Positions 60,201 through 64,000 of a stretch of 64,000 nucleotides of DNA are shown here, piece after piece. Below the pieces are notes generated by a model. It was given only the letters and a program-made list of their open reading frames with translations, ran no database searches and was not told the DNA's origin. Where the stretch lies: contig KZ538319.1 in assembly GCA_000934665.2 (NCBI GenBank), forward strand, positions 1 through 64,000, read 5' to 3'. The position numbers were made by a program, and so were the translations under genes. Numbering within the stretch: position 1 is the stretch's first letter; each line of letters begins with the position of its first letter. Source of the stretch: Catajapyx aquilonaris. Taxonomy: Eukaryota.

Positions 60201-63200
60201 CTATAAAATGGCCAGCAACTCCTGTACAATGGAAGGTAACGCAATTCATTGATTTATTCCGACAAAATACTCAACATCAATTTAGGCAGCCAATGGATCA
60301 TTTTAGTATGTGGCAGCATCACCATGTGCGTGAAAAGAAATATCAAATTGGTAATTCCACCCCCAACTGCTATGGCAACTGATAAGTTTAAGCTGAAGCA
60401 CATTTCCTATTATACATTTGGTGATATCACCAAAACTTACTTGCCACCAAACCAGGTCATAACACCTGCTACCCAACAATGGTGTCGAGTATTTTGGTCT
60501 TGGAATAGGTCGAGCAATTGCGTTATCTGTCCATTATGCAGCAATGACTGATCAATGTTTAACTTGGACAAATCCCAAGTGAGTGTCATGCCAGAAAACG
60601 TGCAAGAAAAGCTTATGCTCAAGGCTGGAAAAATGATCACAAATGTCAAAATAATGGTGCTTGTAATAAGTGTGCATGTAATATGCTGGTTTCATGTTAA
60701 CGCTTACCGAAATTGGTCTTGAAGTACCTTACCAGCCGCTGGCATAAAATAATAGGAGGTGGGAGGAAAAGAAAATAGAAAATGTCAGTGAGTTAAGCAA
60801 AGAGAAAACACACCTACTGTTACAGTCACATGCCGCACACTTCTATCTACTTAATCGTATTAATAAAACACTAGTAACCACTAACTAACAATCTACTAAC
60901 CCCAAACCGCTAACTCCAAACCACTGCCAAATAAGCAGCTTTAACCTGCCAAGAGCAAAAAATCCACTATGGGTTTAATCTGACTGCAACAATCAATGCT
61001 TGCTCATCCATGCTGAACAATGGCTGACAATTGACCATCTCAAACATTTTGTATTAATCACTGAGGGAATAACCAAATGTCATCACACTGTGGCATTTAG
61101 TTACTGTGGTTTAGTGACTGGGATAAAATGCTTCTTACAACTGCTATTCCAGTCCTGATGGAAGATTGAGTGAAATGAAAGCAGACCAGTGAACATATGA
61201 ACATGCTTACGAATAAGTCCAGGAACAAAAATGCTCCACATTCTAAAAAGTCCTATCTACCTGAGGCCCAATTCCACCCTAGAGGTGGGAGAGCCAGAAG
61301 GCATTTCAAAAGGGCCTCTTCAGGCCTAACAGCCATAAGAGAGGGTGACAACTGGGATACGCGAGAGACGGACTTAGGAAAAATGTCAATAATAATTGAA
61401 ATCATGGCTTATTTCAGTGTATTCCAGACAGTATATTGGATGTTTGGTCCAGCAGAGGGACAGTGTCTCCTCCATCTATCCCATCGAAGCTCTCACTATT
61501 TTAATGTGGGAAGGTGCGGTGGCCGAGATGGTAACGTCTCGGCTTGCTGTGCGAAAGGTCCCAGGTTCTAATCCCTGCCCGGGAGTTACCTTTCGCCTGC
61601 GTCAGTGGGTCTCTGACCCGCGCCTAAGGAGGCGTCTTGGCAACCGGCCTCCCGGGAGACATGACCCTTTTCCGACATTGCACGTGCACCTTTGTCCCCT
61701 CCCAATTCCCCCATCCTTACCCTACTTCCTTAATGTCCTTGCATGGAGTCTGAAGAAAAAAAGGAAAATTGGCACAGATGGTGGTAATCCACCCCCCTAA
61801 AAGGGTTTCATTCCCTCCAATGGGGTAAAACAAAACAAAACAAAAACTATTCTAATGTCAATCCTATGTGGCCCATGGGTGGAAAGGCTTTCTGGAACAT
61901 TTAGAATATTTTGCTCCTGAGCTTATTAGTAACTTTGTATGCATATGGTTCACTTTCATTTCTCAACTGCATAGTGTTTCCAGTGGATTACTCCAATACT
62001 CAACCAGATATGATCCTCACTATGACAAGTGTAATGAACAGACCCCAAGAAATAATCTGCCATTGAAGCTCAGCTGGTGACAAACAGCAGCATGAGGACC
62101 ATTTTGACCCAGCCACAACTGGTGTCACAAAAGTTGAACAAGTCTTCTTTACAAATGAGAAAGGAAAGGACGTGACAGACAAGAAAAAGAAAAGAAGTCA
62201 ACAGAAGTAGGAAGTATTCAACAATCAGAGAATTTGACATTCCATCCCTGACCAATTTGATTCTAAAGCCAATTTCACAAACTCGGCGTTGCGAGAGCGG
62301 GGCATGTGGAGTGCGGAAAACTTGTGAAGGGCTATTCACAAATGCTGCGTGCGATGGCCGAGCACGGGAGTTGCTCTGGATGGACTTTCTGTGGTCGGGG
62401 AGTGGCAGACTCTCTCAACGCAGAGTTGGTGAAACAGGCTTATGCTAATTTCAACTCTCCATATGAATTGTAATATGATTGAAACTTTACCTCCGGCAGC
62501 TCTGGGTGGCCTTTTCCTCTTTTGTTCCCTAGTGAATGCAGAACCATTCTTGAGTGCTTCAAGCAAACTGTCCATGACTCCTTCCTGATCGTCGTCTGCA
62601 TTGATATCCACCAGAGCTTTCTTCCTTGCCTGCCTCTCCGCCTTCTCCTTTTCAGCCTTCTCTTTTGCCTCCTTTGCACGCTTCATTTTTTCCTCCATTT
62701 CACGTTGTTTCAGATTGTCCTTATATGCTTTCTGAACACATACAAACATATATAATTTCCCACCTATACACACAGGCCACAAATTATCTTAAAAAGAGAG
62801 TAGATAACAAGACTGAAATTAAGTATATCCCTAATAGAACCTGATTTTCTGCCTCACACACAACAGCTTTTGAGAATTTCATGGGCACTTTCTTCAAGAT
62901 CAAGATGAGATTTTATTGCTTTGATTACTATCGGTTTATAGGGGCCATGGGCCCTTCTGGGTACCCAAGAAAAGAAAACTTTACATGGCAGAGCTCACAA
63001 ATTGTGCAAATGTAATTGGCAAGTGAGCAAAGGCTTATAAAACCGTAGAACTAAAAACTTCCCCCATCACCGGCAATTGGATGAGCTGCATTTCCTGTTT
63101 AGCTAAAATGATCAAAAAAAACTGACCTGAAACTCATCTTTGAAGGTCTTGATATCGCCAAAGAATTCCTCGAATGCATACTTGGCCCTGTCGAACACGA

Positions 63201-63291
63201 AGTAGTCAGCCAGATCACTGTATAATGAGTCCATTTTCTTGTACATATTTCGCAAGATATCACACTGCTCACGTGCTTCCTTCGAAAAACT
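57239..63291 (-). CDS. dia: Diaphanous-related formin, 3' exons (end of FH2, DAD and tail); the gene starts beyond the right edge
   Basis: Exons 63291-63127 (...FEEFFGDIKTFKDEFQ), 62731-62491 (DAD: EGVMDSLLEALKNGSAF plus basic region), optional 60738-60733, 60119-60038 (AERRAQLNRSRSR, as in insect Dia) and 57365-57239 (...LLQRLR*). Phases are consistent. Confidence 0.93.
57448..59956. mobile_element. Triple-nested DNA transposons in the last dia intron: Tc1/mariner relic > piggyBac-type MITE (57488-59315) > pogo-like MITE (57742-58336)
   Basis: Outer TIR CAGGGTGTCCCACTACTTACTTTAC with transposase remnant WSPDLMPPNYFLRGYLKGPVY. The middle element is flanked by TTAA/TTAC. The inner element is TA-CAGTAAAACTTCTATA...TATAGAAGTTTTACTG-TA. 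Confidence 0.85.
61508..61845 (+). mobile_element. Full-length tRNA-derived SINE
   Basis: A-box TGGCCGAGATGG, B-box GGTTCTAATCC, (AAAAC)n tail, and TSD ACTATT(T/C)TAATGT. Confidence 0.85.
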
Positions 63292-64000
63292 CTGCACTAA
63301 GAGTCAAGGAACATATCAGACACAAACACATTTCACTTATTTCTGGCCCTTCCATTTTCTACCATGAGGAACTGTTCATAACTTAACCAAAAAAATCTCT
63401 CTAAATTAACAAATCAATAATCTTAGTCTAAATATTTACCTACAGTCCTCCATGGACAGCTTTCTGCTCTTGGCTATTGCTCGACACACGAGCAATAACA
63501 ATATGCTTTTTAATACCAGAAGAAAGTCAACAAAATTTTCTGAGTACAGTATCTTTGGCTATATCCAGAAATATCCAATCACAAAATACTTTTTGATCTT
63601 GACCTCCCAAATTTGGCAAAAAGACCTTCCCCCAAATCTCAGCAACATAACACACCTAAACATAAGCTAAACAAGAGTTATTAGGTTTAATTTTAACCTT
63701 AATAAGACGGGCAGTTTTTTCGAGTTTTTGCAAGAATCTACAAGAAAATCGCTTGCGTTGTCACCACACGTAACTAATCTAGTGAGTAACATCGTGTAGT
63801 GTCTAGGCTTGATCCTGAGACCATTTATGGGACCCTCTTGGCATGCCTTGCGGAGATTTAAATTCTTGAATCTCTCAACAGATGCTGCAGGGGTGCGTTT
63901 CGCGCCGACGTATTTTTTTCTTAAATTTTTTGTCACTCCTGGGCTGACACGAAGTGTATCGATGTGTCGTGCTGGCGCTACTGAACAAACCAGTATGCAT

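Noticed and set aside
61508..61585. tRNA gene candidates here and at about 4220-4290, 7070-7140, 17815-17890, 49495-49565 and 52105-52175
   Set aside because: They have A/B boxes but no clean cloverleaf, and most continue into shared SINE bodies, several with tails and TSDs.

Overview
This is intron-rich eukaryotic DNA from an invertebrate animal, most likely an arthropod, judged from the Diaphanous C-terminus. There are no operons, CRISPR arrays or rRNA. Seven protein-coding genes can be rebuilt by hand from GT-AG junctions with matching phases. In order: first coding exon of a BRSK/SAD kinase (-); ETFRF1/LYRM5 (-); DNAI7/CASC1 (+), head-to-head with ETFRF1, with an RFX X-box between them; a ~904-aa single-cysteine-cluster Toll-like receptor nested on the same strand inside a DNAI7 intron; an FRS2/3-like adaptor (+); a cytosolic-family sulfotransferase with an unusual mitochondrial-presequence-like and hydrophobic N-terminus (-); and the 3' end of a Diaphanous formin (-), including a candidate 6-nt microexon. 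Introns and the apparently gene-free 26-37 kb interval are full of tRNA-derived SINEs, MITEs (often nested), a Helitron relic, fold-back palindromes and (AAT)n/(GAT)n microsatellites. Highlights: the ETFRF1-DNAI7 pair has the same arrangement as in vertebrates; the nested TLR carries a Trp-Asn repeat insertion; the SULT may be organelle-targeted; and the dia microexon. All identifications come from recognising motifs by eye and from recalled reference sequences; no searches were run.
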